Shown here: positions 25,744 to 35,694 of the stretch, in pieces
Numbering within the stretch: position 1 is the stretch's first letter
How the letters are laid out: every line of letters begins with the position of its first letter
Virus genome (UHGV): UHGV-0386548
From: a virus
DNA: 44,990 nucleotides
Strand: one strand, 5' to 3'
Made by a program: the position numbers and the translations under genes
Notes under the pieces: model-generated
What the model saw: the letters and a program-made list of their open reading frames with translations, nothing else
What the model was told of the DNA's origin: nothing
Databases searched by the model: none

Positions 25744-26132
25744 TGAAACAATCAGCTAAACTTCAACTATTCAACTACTTATATGAAAAATTTAGTGAAA
25801 TTGGTGTCCCTGTAATTGAAACTAAAGAACTTAACCAAGAGCTTGAATATCCTTTTATTGCTATTCAAACAACTACAGATAGCATGAACGTGTTAACTTT
25901 TGACAGTTTTGGCGGTAATCCTACTGCTACCGTTCATTTGTGGGGGTTGGATATTGATAAGAGTGCTAATGACAATTTGCTGATGCAAGTTCAAAACATT
26001 ATGTTAGATGATATCGAGCTTGAAGGTTTCAGCTTATTCAATCCGCAGTTAGACATCAATGAATCTGTTGAAATTGAAGATAATCAAGCATTATCGCATG
26101 TAACTATAAATATCGAGTATACAAGTCATTAA
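25743..26132 (+). CDS. Tail completion protein
   Basis: Synteny; 129 aa, immediately upstream of the major tail gene. Confidence 0.5.
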   Translation: MKQSAKLQLFNYLYEKFSEIGVPVIETKELNQELEYPFIAIQTTTDSMNVLTFDSFGGNPTATVHLWGLDIDKSANDNLLMQVQNIMLDDIELEGFSLFNPQLDINESVEIEDNQALSHVTINIEYTSH

Positions 26133-26175
26133 AGGGCTTGTATTTTTTTATATACTTTTTAGGAGGGTAAAACCT

Positions 26176-26730
26176 ATGGCAATTAAACAAGGTACTGATG
26201 AATTAGTCTTAATCCGTAAAGCCGGAGACCGTAAAGATGCAAATAAAGTAATGTGGGTAACAGAATTAGAACGTGAAACTGAAAAAGACAGAGATACAGA
26301 AGCTACTGTAGATGGTCCTGTTAACTCTGGAGGTACATTAGAGTCAACAGTTACGATTAACTGCTACATGAACCAAGACGACACGTTATGTGATGAAATT
26401 GAAGATGCTACCGAAGAAGATACTCCTTATGAATTATGGGTTATCAATAAAAAAGTTAAAAACAAAGATGGAAAATATAAAGCAGAATATCGTCAAGGAT
26501 ACTGGAATAGTATTGACCGTACTAACGACGCTGAAGATATCGCAGAATTTGAAACTGAATTTGGTGTATATCTTAGAAAAGTTCGTGGTTGGGCAACATT
26601 ACCAGAACAAATCGAGAAAAACAAAGCTGCTTATGGCTTCCACGATACTGTTGCTGCAGATCCAGCTGACGATGGTCTTGTGTCAGAAATCCCACAACCT
26701 AACGAACCAAGCACAGCAGAAACTGTATAA
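26176..26730 (+). CDS. Major tail protein
   Basis: 184 aa. Strong RBS AGGAGGGT. Followed by a terminator, the usual arrangement for high expression before the chaperone genes. Confidence 0.75.
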   Translation: MAIKQGTDELVLIRKAGDRKDANKVMWVTELERETEKDRDTEATVDGPVNSGGTLESTVTINCYMNQDDTLCDEIEDATEEDTPYELWVINKKVKNKDGKYKAEYRQGYWNSIDRTNDAEDIAEFETEFGVYLRKVRGWATLPEQIEKNKAAYGFHDTVAADPADDGLVSEIPQPNEPSTAETV

Positions 26731-26734
26731 TATC

Positions 26735-26756
26735 GAGGGCTAGATGCCCTCTTTTT
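26735..26756 (+). terminator. Rho-independent terminator (GAGGGC-TAGAT-GCCCTC + TTTTT)
   Basis: Perfect 6-bp stem plus T-run directly after the major tail gene. Confidence 0.65.
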
Positions 26757-26792
26757 CTTTTTGACTAAATTTAAAGTGAGGTTATTAATAAT

Positions 26793-27152
26793 ATGGAAAT
26801 CAAATTTAACGGTAAAACAATTGAACTATCATTCGGATTAAAGTTTTTAAACATCATTGATAAAGAAATGGGCATGGAAGCAGAACAAGTTAACTTTGGT
26901 AAAGGTACAGAAATGTTGGTACCTGCACTAGAAAGCCACAGTGTAGTAGATGTCGCTAAAGTTATTAAAGCTGCAACTGCACAAGAAAAAGGAGCACCTA
27001 AAACTGAAGAAGATTTAGAAGCTGTTGTTGAAGATGTTATTGAAAATACAGGACTTGAAGAATTTTGTAACGAAGTCATCGAGGAACTGGGAAAGCGTGT
27101 TTTAACCCAAAACCTCGTTCCGAAAAAATACAAAAAGAACAGCAAGAAGTAG
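26793..27152 (+). CDS. Tail assembly chaperone (gpG-like)
   Basis: Position between the major tail and tape-measure genes. The downstream ORF lies in the -1 frame and overlaps it. Confidence 0.65.
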   Translation: MEIKFNGKTIELSFGLKFLNIIDKEMGMEAEQVNFGKGTEMLVPALESHSVVDVAKVIKAATAQEKGAPKTEEDLEAVVEDVIENTGLEEFCNEVIEELGKRVLTQNLVPKKYKKNSKK

Positions 27153-27541
27153 ACGAAGAAGAAATATTAACGTTTGATCGTATAGTTATCTTGTGTATGA
27201 GCAAACTAAAAATTTATGACTTAGATGTTATTGAACAAATGACACTTAGAGAATTCAATTATCGTATGTATGCACTAGAGTATGAGCAACTAGATAAAGA
27301 TATGGATATGTACAAACTCGCTTTTGCTATTAGAGACGCAGCTGCAGAGAAGAAGAAACGTGGTGGTAAAAAAGGCGAGACAGAATATCGTTTCAAAAGT
27401 GCAGACGATATCATGCATTATCAAGAGAACATTAAACGATTAGACAGAGGCGAACCTGTGAAGTTCGCTTCTGAAAGCAAATTTGAGGAGAATATGCCTC
27501 CTAAAAATTTACTTCAACAAATTGCAGAACTTAATAAATAA
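27071..27541 (+). CDS. gpT-like extension reading frame (-1 relative to the chaperone); likely expressed as a G-T fusion by programmed -1 frameshifting
   Basis: The -1 frame is open from 27071 to 27541 and overlaps the chaperone's 3' end by ~80 nt. An A6 run at 27123-27128 (CCG AAA AAA TAC) and AAAAAG at 27132-27137 are candidate slippery sites. Confidence 0.5.
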   Translation, partial: RSHRGTGKACFNPKPRSEKIQKEQQEVDEEEILTFDRIVILCMSKLKIYDLDVIEQMTLREFNYRMYALEYEQLDKDMDMYKLAFAIRDAAAEKKKRGGKKGETEYRFKSADDIMHYQENIKRLDRGEPVKFASESKFEENMPPKNLLQQIAELNK

Positions 27542-27555
27542 GGAGGTGGGAACAC

Positions 27556-30500
27556 GTGGCAGAAGCTAACTATAGTATAAAAGCGACGATTGAAGCTAAC
27601 GCAAAAAAGTTCAAAAGTGCTATACAAGCAGCTAAAAACACAGCAGAGCGTTTTAAAGGTACTATGGATAAAATCAAAGATAATGAAATTGATGCAGATG
27701 CATCAGGTGTAACTAGCGCAGTAAACAAAGCTAAAAAAGAAATAGAATCATTTAATAACACTCGTGCAGAAGCTGACCTTGATATAGATATTGACGAAGT
27801 TAAAAGCAAAGTACAAATAGCTGAAGAATATGTACGCAAATTCGATGCTTACAGAGGCGACGCAGAGTTAGACGCTAATGTAGCAAGCGCGAAAGCTAAT
27901 ATTGAAGAAGCACAAGCATATTTAGAACGTTTCGACGGATCAAATGCTAATGCACATGCTGATGTTGACGCAAGAAGAGCTATATCAACGTTATCTAAGC
28001 TACAGATTGATTTAGATATGTTTGACGGAAATTCTTATAGTGCTCATTTAGATGCAGACGCAACTAAAGCACGTGTCGCTATAGCAGAAGCTAAAAAGTC
28101 GCTTAATAGCTTTGCGAGACAAAAAGCAAAAGCTACAGTCGAAGTTAACGAAGGCGCTGCTGTATCTAAGATTTTAGCCCTTAAAGCAATGTTACGTTCA
28201 ATTCCTAACCGAATACACACTAGGATAGATGTTGATTCAGATAAAGCGCAAGGCGCATTTAGAGCAATGGTAGCTGGTATTGATAGTTCTATGAACTCAT
28301 GGAACGCTTTAGCTACACGTATCAGAACAATTGGTACCGTAATTTCTAACATGATAAAGGGTTCTTTAATTTCCAATATAACGTTGGTAGTTCCTATCAT
28401 TGCTTCGATGGTTCCTGCATTATTTGCTGTTCTTAACGCTATCGGGGTTGTAGCTGGTGGAGCTGCAGGATTAGCAGCTGCATTTGGTGTTGCTGCAGGT
28501 GGAGTTATGGGATTTGGAGTTATGGCTGCAAGTGCTATTAAAATGCTTAACGATGGAACTCTACAAGCTACAGCTGAAACGAAAAAGTACGAAAGCGCCT
28601 TACAAGGTGTTCAAGATGCTTGGCAAGGTATTATAGAGAAAAATCAAAGTCAAATATTTAACACAATGGCTAATGGTTTAAACATGATTAAAGTGGCATT
28701 ATCAGGTTTGTCTCCTTTCATTAGCGGCGTGTCAAAAGGAATGGAACAAGCGAGTGCTAAAATGCTTGATTGGGCTAAAAACTCTCAAGTAGCACAACAG
28801 TTTTTCGAAATGATGGGTACAACAGGTGTAAGAATATTCAACAACATGCTAAGTGCAGCAGGTAATTTTGGTAGTGGTGTAGTAAGTGTTCTCACACAAC
28901 TAGCGCCACTCGCAGATTGGGCTGCAGCTGGATTTAAACGAATGGGACAAGCTTTTAATTCTTGGGCGCAGTCATCGGCTGGACAAGAAGCTATTAGATC
29001 CTTTGTTGAATATACTAAACAGAACTTACCGTTAATCGGACAAATATTTGGAAATACCTTCAAGGGTATTTTTAACCTTATGAAAGCATTCGCGCCGAAT
29101 ACACACTCTATATTAGAATCTCTAGCGCAAATGTCTGAAAAATTCGCATCATGGAGTGCTACAGTAGCACAATCAGATGGATTTAAGAAATTTATGGATT
29201 ATATCAACACGAATGGCCCTAAATTAATATCTCTACTAGGTAATATAATCCAAATCATTATAAATGTTGGTACTGCAATGGCACCACTAGCTGCAGCAGT
29301 TTTAGATGTTGCTATTGCGATTACAGATTTTATTGCTAAATTAACTGAAGCACATCCTGCTATTGGAATGTTATTGGGATTAATTGCTACATTAGCCGGT
29401 GTATTCATGACACTAGGTCCACCTATTTTAGGAGTTATAGACTTTATAGGAACATTTATCAAAGTGTTTACAGGTGCCGGAACAGTTATAGAAGCATTAA
29501 TGTCTGTAGCTTCGGCATTGGCTCCAGTATTTGAAGCTATTGGTGTTGCTATTGCAGCGATAGATGCACCAATACTATTAATCATAGCAGGAGTAGCAGC
29601 ATTAATAGCTATATTCGTTGCTTTATGGAACTCATCATCAGTATTACGTAATGCCTTAATAGGTGCGTGGAATGCCATTAAAAGTGCTGTTGGAGCAGCG
29701 ATACAAGCAGTTATTGGCTTCTTAGGAGATTTATTATCTCAAGCGCAATCCATTATGGGACCCCTTGTACCTATATTTAAAAATGCTTGGGATACAATCG
29801 TGCAAATTGTTGAAACAGCAGTTAAGTTAATCTCTCCAATTGTTTCGCAAGGTTTCCAAGCATTAGTTGCTGTTGTAAGTACGGTTTGGACTGTAATATC
29901 TACAGTTATTAAAGTTGCTTTTGATGTGATCATTGGAATTATTACTGTAGCTTTACAGATACTTAGTGGCGACTGGTCGGGTGCTTGGCAAACAATATTA
30001 AAAGTTGGGCAAACAATTTGGCAAAACATTGTTTCTGCAGCTCAAGCTATATGGGATATTTGGAGTAAATATCTACAACAAACTTGGCAAAATGCAGTCA
30101 ACTTCTTTAGTACAATATTTGGCGCATTAGTTGGTATTGCAACTTCAATTTGGAATTCAATTGTTAATGCTATTATTTCTGTAGTTACCGGCTTAGGTAC
30201 ATTCCTTGCTAACATATGGAACGGAATTGTTACTTTAGCGCAAATACAATGGTCAATATTAGTTACAGTTGCACAGACGGTTTGGACAGCCATTGTCACA
30301 GTAATAACTACAATAATTTCAACTTTAGTTACAATTGTTACTACGGTTTGGACTGCAATTGTTACAGTTACACAAACTATTTGGACAGTTCTTGTTACTA
30401 TTGCTCAAACAATTTGGACTGCGATTTCAACTATTATTATGACTATTGTTAATATCATCGTTACTATCGTTACAACAGCTTGGACAACGATTTCTACTGT

Positions 30501-31353
30501 AACATCTACTATATTTGGTGTTATTTCTACCATAGCATCTACTATATGGAATGCTATCAAAGGAGTTATACAAGGTGTAGTTACAATTATCGTTGGTATC
30601 GTCAGTGGAAGTTGGGCTAGATTAAGCGCTATTACAAGTTCTATTATGACTTCAATTTCTTCTTTAATAAATTCTTTATGGAATTTAATTAAAAGTACAA
30701 TTATAAACGCTGTAATGGGTGCTGTTCATGCAGCAGTAAGCGGATTTATGAATATGCTTAGTTCTATAGGTTCAGCTATGCGCGGTATTGTTAACGCAGT
30801 CATTAATGGTATGCGTAATGTTGTGAATAATGTTAGAAATGGTGTGACTAATGCAGTGAATGCTGTCAAAAACTTTGTAGGACAATTCGCTAGTGCCGGA
30901 ATGGATTTAATGCGTGGTTTAGTTGATGGAATAAAACGTGGTATTTCATGGGTGGTTAATGCGGCTAAGAATGTAGCACAAAGTGCAGTAAATGCAGCGA
31001 AAAGCGTCTTGGGTATTCATTCACCATCAAGAGTATTTAAAGAAATTGGTGGATATACAATGCAAGGTTTCGGAATTGGTATAAACAACGAAGGAAGAAA
31101 TGTTGTTTCCGGAATGGGATCTATGGCTAAGTCTATAACAGATGCTTTCAACCCTCAACTTAATGTACCTAATATACAAAGAGACATCAAAAATGCTAGT
31201 GCATCAGCCAATGCACAAGTTACACATACTCATGAATATAAAACAAACCCATCAAAACGTTTTGTAACTGTAAAAATGGATATTAACAACGACGCTTTAA
31301 CTTATATTGTCAACGGACAAAATGCAGATAGAGATGCAACATTCACATTCTAG
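27556..31353 (+). CDS. Tail tape measure protein (1265 aa)
   Basis: GTG start after GGAGGTGG. Coiled-coil N-terminus, a hydrophobic central segment, then 11-aa Trp-periodic repeats (WTAIVTV...). Confidence 0.93.
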   Translation: MAEANYSIKATIEANAKKFKSAIQAAKNTAERFKGTMDKIKDNEIDADASGVTSAVNKAKKEIESFNNTRAEADLDIDIDEVKSKVQIAEEYVRKFDAYRGDAELDANVASAKANIEEAQAYLERFDGSNANAHADVDARRAISTLSKLQIDLDMFDGNSYSAHLDADATKARVAIAEAKKSLNSFARQKAKATVEVNEGAAVSKILALKAMLRSIPNRIHTRIDVDSDKAQGAFRAMVAGIDSSMNSWNALATRIRTIGTVISNMIKGSLISNITLVVPIIASMVPALFAVLNAIGVVAGGAAGLAAAFGVAAGGVMGFGVMAASAIKMLNDGTLQATAETKKYESALQGVQDAWQGIIEKNQSQIFNTMANGLNMIKVALSGLSPFISGVSKGMEQASAKMLDWAKNSQVAQQFFEMMGTTGVRIFNNMLSAAGNFGSGVVSVLTQLAPLADWAAAGFKRMGQAFNSWAQSSAGQEAIRSFVEYTKQNLPLIGQIFGNTFKGIFNLMKAFAPNTHSILESLAQMSEKFASWSATVAQSDGFKKFMDYINTNGPKLISLLGNIIQIIINVGTAMAPLAAAVLDVAIAITDFIAKLTEAHPAIGMLLGLIATLAGVFMTLGPPILGVIDFIGTFIKVFTGAGTVIEALMSVASALAPVFEAIGVAIAAIDAPILLIIAGVAALIAIFVALWNSSSVLRNALIGAWNAIKSAVGAAIQAVIGFLGDLLSQAQSIMGPLVPIFKNAWDTIVQIVETAVKLISPIVSQGFQALVAVVSTVWTVISTVIKVAFDVIIGIITVALQILSGDWSGAWQTILKVGQTIWQNIVSAAQAIWDIWSKYLQQTWQNAVNFFSTIFGALVGIATSIWNSIVNAIISVVTGLGTFLANIWNGIVTLAQIQWSILVTVAQTVWTAIVTVITTIISTLVTIVTTVWTAIVTVTQTIWTVLVTIAQTIWTAISTIIMTIVNIIVTIVTTAWTTISTVTSTIFGVISTIASTIWNAIKGVIQGVVTIIVGIVSGSWARLSAITSSIMTSISSLINSLWNLIKSTIINAVMGAVHAAVSGFMNMLSSIGSAMRGIVNAVINGMRNVVNNVRNGVTNAVNAVKNFVGQFASAGMDLMRGLVDGIKRGISWVVNAAKNVAQSAVNAAKSVLGIHSPSRVFKEIGGYTMQGFGIGINNEGRNVVSGMGSMAKSITDAFNPQLNVPNIQRDIKNASASANAQVTHTHEYKTNPSKRFVTVKMDINNDALTYIVNGQNADRDATFTF
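29780..30700 (+). repeat. Degenerate 33-bp (11-aa, W-x10) periodic repeats within the tape measure gene
   Basis: Seen directly, e.g. ACGGTTTGGACAGCCATTGTCACAGTA / ACGGTTTGGACTGCAATTGTTACAGTT / ACAATTTGGACTGCGATTTCAACT. Confidence 0.5.
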
Positions 31354-31364
31354 GAGGTCAGGCA

Positions 31365-32321
31365 ATGGATTTAGAAATTAAACAAAAAGATGGAAATAAA
31401 TATAAGTTGTCTGACTTCGGTTTTCGAGTGAAAGATATTGTCATCGAAAGTCCGGAGATTGAAGATAACTACGAAACAAAAGAAAATACAAGCGGTCGTA
31501 TGTTACTTAGCAGTCAGTATCGTAAAAGAAAAATTACGGTACCCTGCTATGTAGTTAGTACGAAACTTAATGATATACCAAGATTAAGAGATAAATTTTA
31601 TGATTTGACTGTTAACACCGAACCTGTTTGGATAAGAGAACTTAGATACGCAGAAGAACATAACTATAAATTTTTGCAACCTACTGAAGAAGATTATCAA
31701 TCATATGACAAATACGGTTATCCAATATTTCATCATAATATGATGAATGATAATTTTTACACTAGTGGTAAACAGTATCAGGTTAAATGCTCATCGGTTA
31801 TAACTCCAGAAAACAAGGGCAAAGTTATTAATTTCGATCTAGTCTTTGAAACGATTGAGATACCATTTGCCGAAAGTATAGGAACTTCATTGGACTTAGA
31901 AAACAAGCCTAATAAAGCGCTGTGGTCTAATGACATGCTAGTTCCGTTTGACGAAGAAAGTGACAAGAGAACTTATACTTTTACTAACTGTTGGAATAAT
32001 AGTGTTTATTATCACGGAAATGTTCCTAATAATGAGTTTAAACTTTATAAAAAAGTAACAATCGTTCTAGGTAAAAGCGTAAGTAGTAAAGAAAACTTTC
32101 AGTTTACATTAGGGAAATCGGATTATATGAAAATTAGCAACATAAACCTTAAAAAAGGCGACAAAATTGTATATGATGGCGTTCAAACATGGCGTAATGG
32201 CACCCCAATCAATCATCGTTGTTCTAATGCACAACCTAAGTTTTATCCTGGTTGGAATGACTTTAGTTTTAACCAACAAATCAAATCTGTAACGTTCGAT
32301 ATGAAATTTTATTATAAGTAG
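31365..32321 (+). CDS. Distal tail protein (Dit)
   Basis: 318 aa, immediately after TMP. Conserved siphovirus synteny. Confidence 0.7.
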   Translation: MDLEIKQKDGNKYKLSDFGFRVKDIVIESPEIEDNYETKENTSGRMLLSSQYRKRKITVPCYVVSTKLNDIPRLRDKFYDLTVNTEPVWIRELRYAEEHNYKFLQPTEEDYQSYDKYGYPIFHHNMMNDNFYTSGKQYQVKCSSVITPENKGKVINFDLVFETIEIPFAESIGTSLDLENKPNKALWSNDMLVPFDEESDKRTYTFTNCWNNSVYYHGNVPNNEFKLYKKVTIVLGKSVSSKENFQFTLGKSDYMKISNINLKKGDKIVYDGVQTWRNGTPINHRCSNAQPKFYPGWNDFSFNQQIKSVTFDMKFYYK

Positions 32322-32332
32322 GTGGTTATTAA

Positions 32333-33793
32333 ATGCCAGTATTATTTAGCCCGATAAGAGGTATAGGAGAGCCAGTCTATGTTACTACAACTACCACATC
32401 TAAATTAGGTTCTGAAACAGTTGTACAGTGTAAATTACTTGAAGATAAATATAACTATAACGTTATACGTGGGATTGATAAGCGTTGGTCGTTAACACAA
32501 CTTACTGGACCTAACGACAAAAGAGAATATGTTGCTTATATAATCGATAGAAAAACTCACGGTAGAAATCAAGAAGTTACTGTAACACTTAGAGAAAAGC
32601 CAATAGATATCATTAAGAGAAAAAGAGTATATGACAAAATAGACGGGCCACATAAACCACCAGACTTTTTTGAGAAAATATTCAAAGGTACTGGTCTTAA
32701 ATACAAAGTGCCTAGTAATTTATTTGTATCTGAAATTAAAGACTCTGGCGAGGGAGAAAGCGTCGAAGATTTACTAAAAAAAGGTTTAGAGGCATGGGAC
32801 TTAGAATTTGATATACATCATGATTACAAAACAAACACATATACTTTTGAATTTACGCCATATTTAGAAAAAAGAGCAACTTATCATATAGATGATGAAA
32901 TTAACGCAAATAATATGAAATTAGAAGAAGATAGTGGTCAAATGTATACCTATGTTAAAGGGTACGGTTCATATACAGACGAAGAAGGCTTAGATGGTGC
33001 AGGTCTTATAGTAGAATTTGAACATCCTAATATGAAAGATTACGGACGTTTTGATGCACCACCAGTTAAAGATGGTTCTATTACTGATCCAGATATTATG
33101 CGTGCTAGATTACAATCAGTTATTAATTCATCTATAAAGCGCTCTTTAACTTTAGACTTTATAGCATTGCGAAATCATTATCCTAATGCCGTTCCGAGAG
33201 TTGCAGATATTGTTAAAGTTAAACATTCAATATTAGGTATCAATGAATTCATGAGAATTGTCGAAGTCAAAACCATTAGAGATGCAGAAAACAATATAGT
33301 GAAACAAGATGTGACATTAGGCGACTTCAATAGACACAATCGCTACTTAGAGCGTATTAGTCAAGCAGCACAAGTAGTAGGAGGTTTAGGTGGCGGTTTT
33401 GCAAATTCATATCGTACCACATACGCCAAAGCTAATGCTGCTATCACTTCTACACGAAAGTCTATTGACTCTAATAAAGCATTACACGGCAATGAGAATG
33501 GAATTAGAGCAATTGTAGAAAAAGATCACATACTCGAATATAACAGGAACGGAAAATTCCGAGTGTCTCATGACCGAGGTAAAACATGGCAGGTCATTGC
33601 GAGTGCTAAAAGTGGATTTAATAAGTATGTGATACCTAAAGCAACTGATAAAGTATCTGGCTTAATGAGTAATAGTGATAAAAAGAAAGTAGATAGACTC
33701 CATTACAATCGACTTAAAATGCAAGGCGAAAACGGCAAATATTATAACATTACGATAGATAAAGACGGAAAACTACAAGTTAAGGAGGCGTAG
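32333..33793 (+). CDS. Tail-associated (Tal-like) baseplate hub protein
   Basis: 486 aa, following Dit. Synteny-based. Confidence 0.55.
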   Translation: MPVLFSPIRGIGEPVYVTTTTTSKLGSETVVQCKLLEDKYNYNVIRGIDKRWSLTQLTGPNDKREYVAYIIDRKTHGRNQEVTVTLREKPIDIIKRKRVYDKIDGPHKPPDFFEKIFKGTGLKYKVPSNLFVSEIKDSGEGESVEDLLKKGLEAWDLEFDIHHDYKTNTYTFEFTPYLEKRATYHIDDEINANNMKLEEDSGQMYTYVKGYGSYTDEEGLDGAGLIVEFEHPNMKDYGRFDAPPVKDGSITDPDIMRARLQSVINSSIKRSLTLDFIALRNHYPNAVPRVADIVKVKHSILGINEFMRIVEVKTIRDAENNIVKQDVTLGDFNRHNRYLERISQAAQVVGGLGGGFANSYRTTYAKANAAITSTRKSIDSNKALHGNENGIRAIVEKDHILEYNRNGKFRVSHDRGKTWQVIASAKSGFNKYVIPKATDKVSGLMSNSDKKKVDRLHYNRLKMQGENGKYYNITIDKDGKLQVKEA

Positions 33794-33795
33794 CA

Positions 33796-35682
33796 ATGCG
33801 TAAAACAATATATACCAAGCTAGATACTTTATTTAGTTCACGGTATGTGAGAGAAAATGAGCTAAACTACATTGCTATACGAGACATGCTAACTAATATT
33901 GAAGAAATATTAGTAAAGCATGGTAAAACCGAAAAGCAAGCTCATAACGCTGAACAAATTGTATATAGATTGCCTACTGGTCCTAATGTTACTGTAGGAC
34001 AAGAATTAGGATATCAAAGTAAACGTATTAGAAATTTAGTATTAGGAACAATTGGTAATGGTCTACAAGAAGTGAGAGACAGTCGTACATCAATTGACGC
34101 TCAAAACTTCCCTATACTTTCAGAAAGATTAAGACATGACTTTACTAGAATAGACGAAAAAATAGACAAAGAACTAAATGTGGCTGATGACGCTACTTAT
34201 CTATTTACTCCTCCATTTATTGCTAGTGCAGAACAAGGTGTTAATGAAACACCTAATAATAACGATCCCGATGACAATAGAAAAGTGTTTTATGACAAAT
34301 TTGTTGACAACAAGTATGTTACGAAAAAATATGTAGGTAAAGACCAAAGTAACAAGTACAATGTTTATGCTTATGATTTCAAACCTCAAAACTATACAAA
34401 AACTTTACTCATCACATCATGTATACACGGGAATGAATACAGTGCATTTTATGCTTTAAGTCGCTTTATGGATTTAGTTGTCAACGAATGGAACAAGTAT
34501 TCTCAACTCGCTTATATACGTAAAAACGTGCGTATTGTCATGGTTCCTATCGTAAATCCATGGGGGTTTGCTAATCAAGAACGTGAAAATGTAAATAATG
34601 TCGATTTAAACCGTAATTTTGATTACTATTGGTCAAATGGTAGTGGTACACGTTCCACTGGTAAAAACTATAAAGGTTCAAAATCTTTTAGCGAGAGAGA
34701 AAGTAGAAACATGAAAGCGTTAGTAGAAGGCTTAGGAGATATTACAGCTCACGTCGATTGTCATAACATCATTTCTCAAGTGAGTGACTATTGTTTATTC
34801 TATCCACGTTTTGCAAATCAACCTAACAATGTGATGACTGAGATGCTTTCAGAAATGTCAGATCATGGAGATTATGTAACTTGGGGTTCAAGCACCTTAG
34901 CCTCATTTAGTAACTGGGTAGGTATTAAGCATGGTACAACTTCTTTCTTGCCTGAAGTGTACGAAGGTAGAGCTGGAAAACCTAGAGGCGCTCAAGAGAT
35001 GTGGCGTTCAGTTTATTACTTAGGAAATATCATCTCCAAATTATCAAAACTAGACACTAACAAAGAAGGTAGAATTGCAAATCAACCTATTGTTAAGTCT
35101 TTAGTTTATAGTAGTAGATTTGATAAAAAAGATACTAAACCTTTTTCACTTATCGCTAAAAAAGATTATCAACGTATGTTAATGACACAACAACGTTTCC
35201 AAGTTACAGCTAATGGTTTCGTAGAGTTAAATGGTTCTATTACTGTAGAAGTTGATAGAGATACAACGATAGCTGTAGCACCTTATGTAGTACAAAACTA
35301 TCACCCGTACAGCGGTAATGGAAAAAGTAGAAAACGTCACTTATACAGAGTGAGAATGCCAGTTAAAAAAGGTTGGCATACTATTCCGCTGCATGCAATC
35401 GCTCCTGTTCAATATTCAACAACGAGTCCAGACAACGTACACAGATCAAACGAAGTTATGGGTGTTGTTGATATATTAAGAACTAAAGGCGTTGCAAAAG
35501 TTAGAAACTTAATTATCAACCTTACTTTTACACCTTCGCATTCACACACAGCAGTTCAAATTCTTAAATCTGGTGGGTATGGTAACCAAAAAGAGAAAAC
35601 ATTCCATCAAGTTTATCCTAATAAACCGAGCGCATATACTAAGACAAACAAAATTATTCATAAAACTAAAAAGAAAAAATAA
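33796..35682 (+). CDS. Tail/baseplate protein carrying an M14 zinc-carboxypeptidase-like domain
   Basis: KTLLITSCIHGNEYSAF (HxxE zinc motif), IVNPWG and VDLNRNFDYYW (M14 NP-G and D-L-N-R-N-F signatures), then a later HVDCHN...LFYPRF. Confidence 0.6.
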   Translation: MRKTIYTKLDTLFSSRYVRENELNYIAIRDMLTNIEEILVKHGKTEKQAHNAEQIVYRLPTGPNVTVGQELGYQSKRIRNLVLGTIGNGLQEVRDSRTSIDAQNFPILSERLRHDFTRIDEKIDKELNVADDATYLFTPPFIASAEQGVNETPNNNDPDDNRKVFYDKFVDNKYVTKKYVGKDQSNKYNVYAYDFKPQNYTKTLLITSCIHGNEYSAFYALSRFMDLVVNEWNKYSQLAYIRKNVRIVMVPIVNPWGFANQERENVNNVDLNRNFDYYWSNGSGTRSTGKNYKGSKSFSERESRNMKALVEGLGDITAHVDCHNIISQVSDYCLFYPRFANQPNNVMTEMLSEMSDHGDYVTWGSSTLASFSNWVGIKHGTTSFLPEVYEGRAGKPRGAQEMWRSVYYLGNIISKLSKLDTNKEGRIANQPIVKSLVYSSRFDKKDTKPFSLIAKKDYQRMLMTQQRFQVTANGFVELNGSITVEVDRDTTIAVAPYVVQNYHPYSGNGKSRKRHLYRVRMPVKKGWHTIPLHAIAPVQYSTTSPDNVHRSNEVMGVVDILRTKGVAKVRNLIINLTFTPSHSHTAVQILKSGGYGNQKEKTFHQVYPNKPSAYTKTNKIIHKTKKKK

Positions 35683-35694
35683 GGAGGCTTCATA

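Noticed and set aside
27570-30299. Several 85-159-aa minus-strand ORFs inside the tape measure gene
   Set aside because: The tape measure gene is GC-skewed and repeat-rich, producing long antisense open frames. The + strand 1265-aa frame with RBS and coiled-coil periodicity is clearly the gene.
29780-30700. Regularly spaced 33-bp repeats considered as a possible CRISPR-like array
   Set aside because: The repeats are degenerate, in-frame, and encode the Trp-periodic segment of the tape measure protein. No spacer-repeat architecture or cas genes are present.
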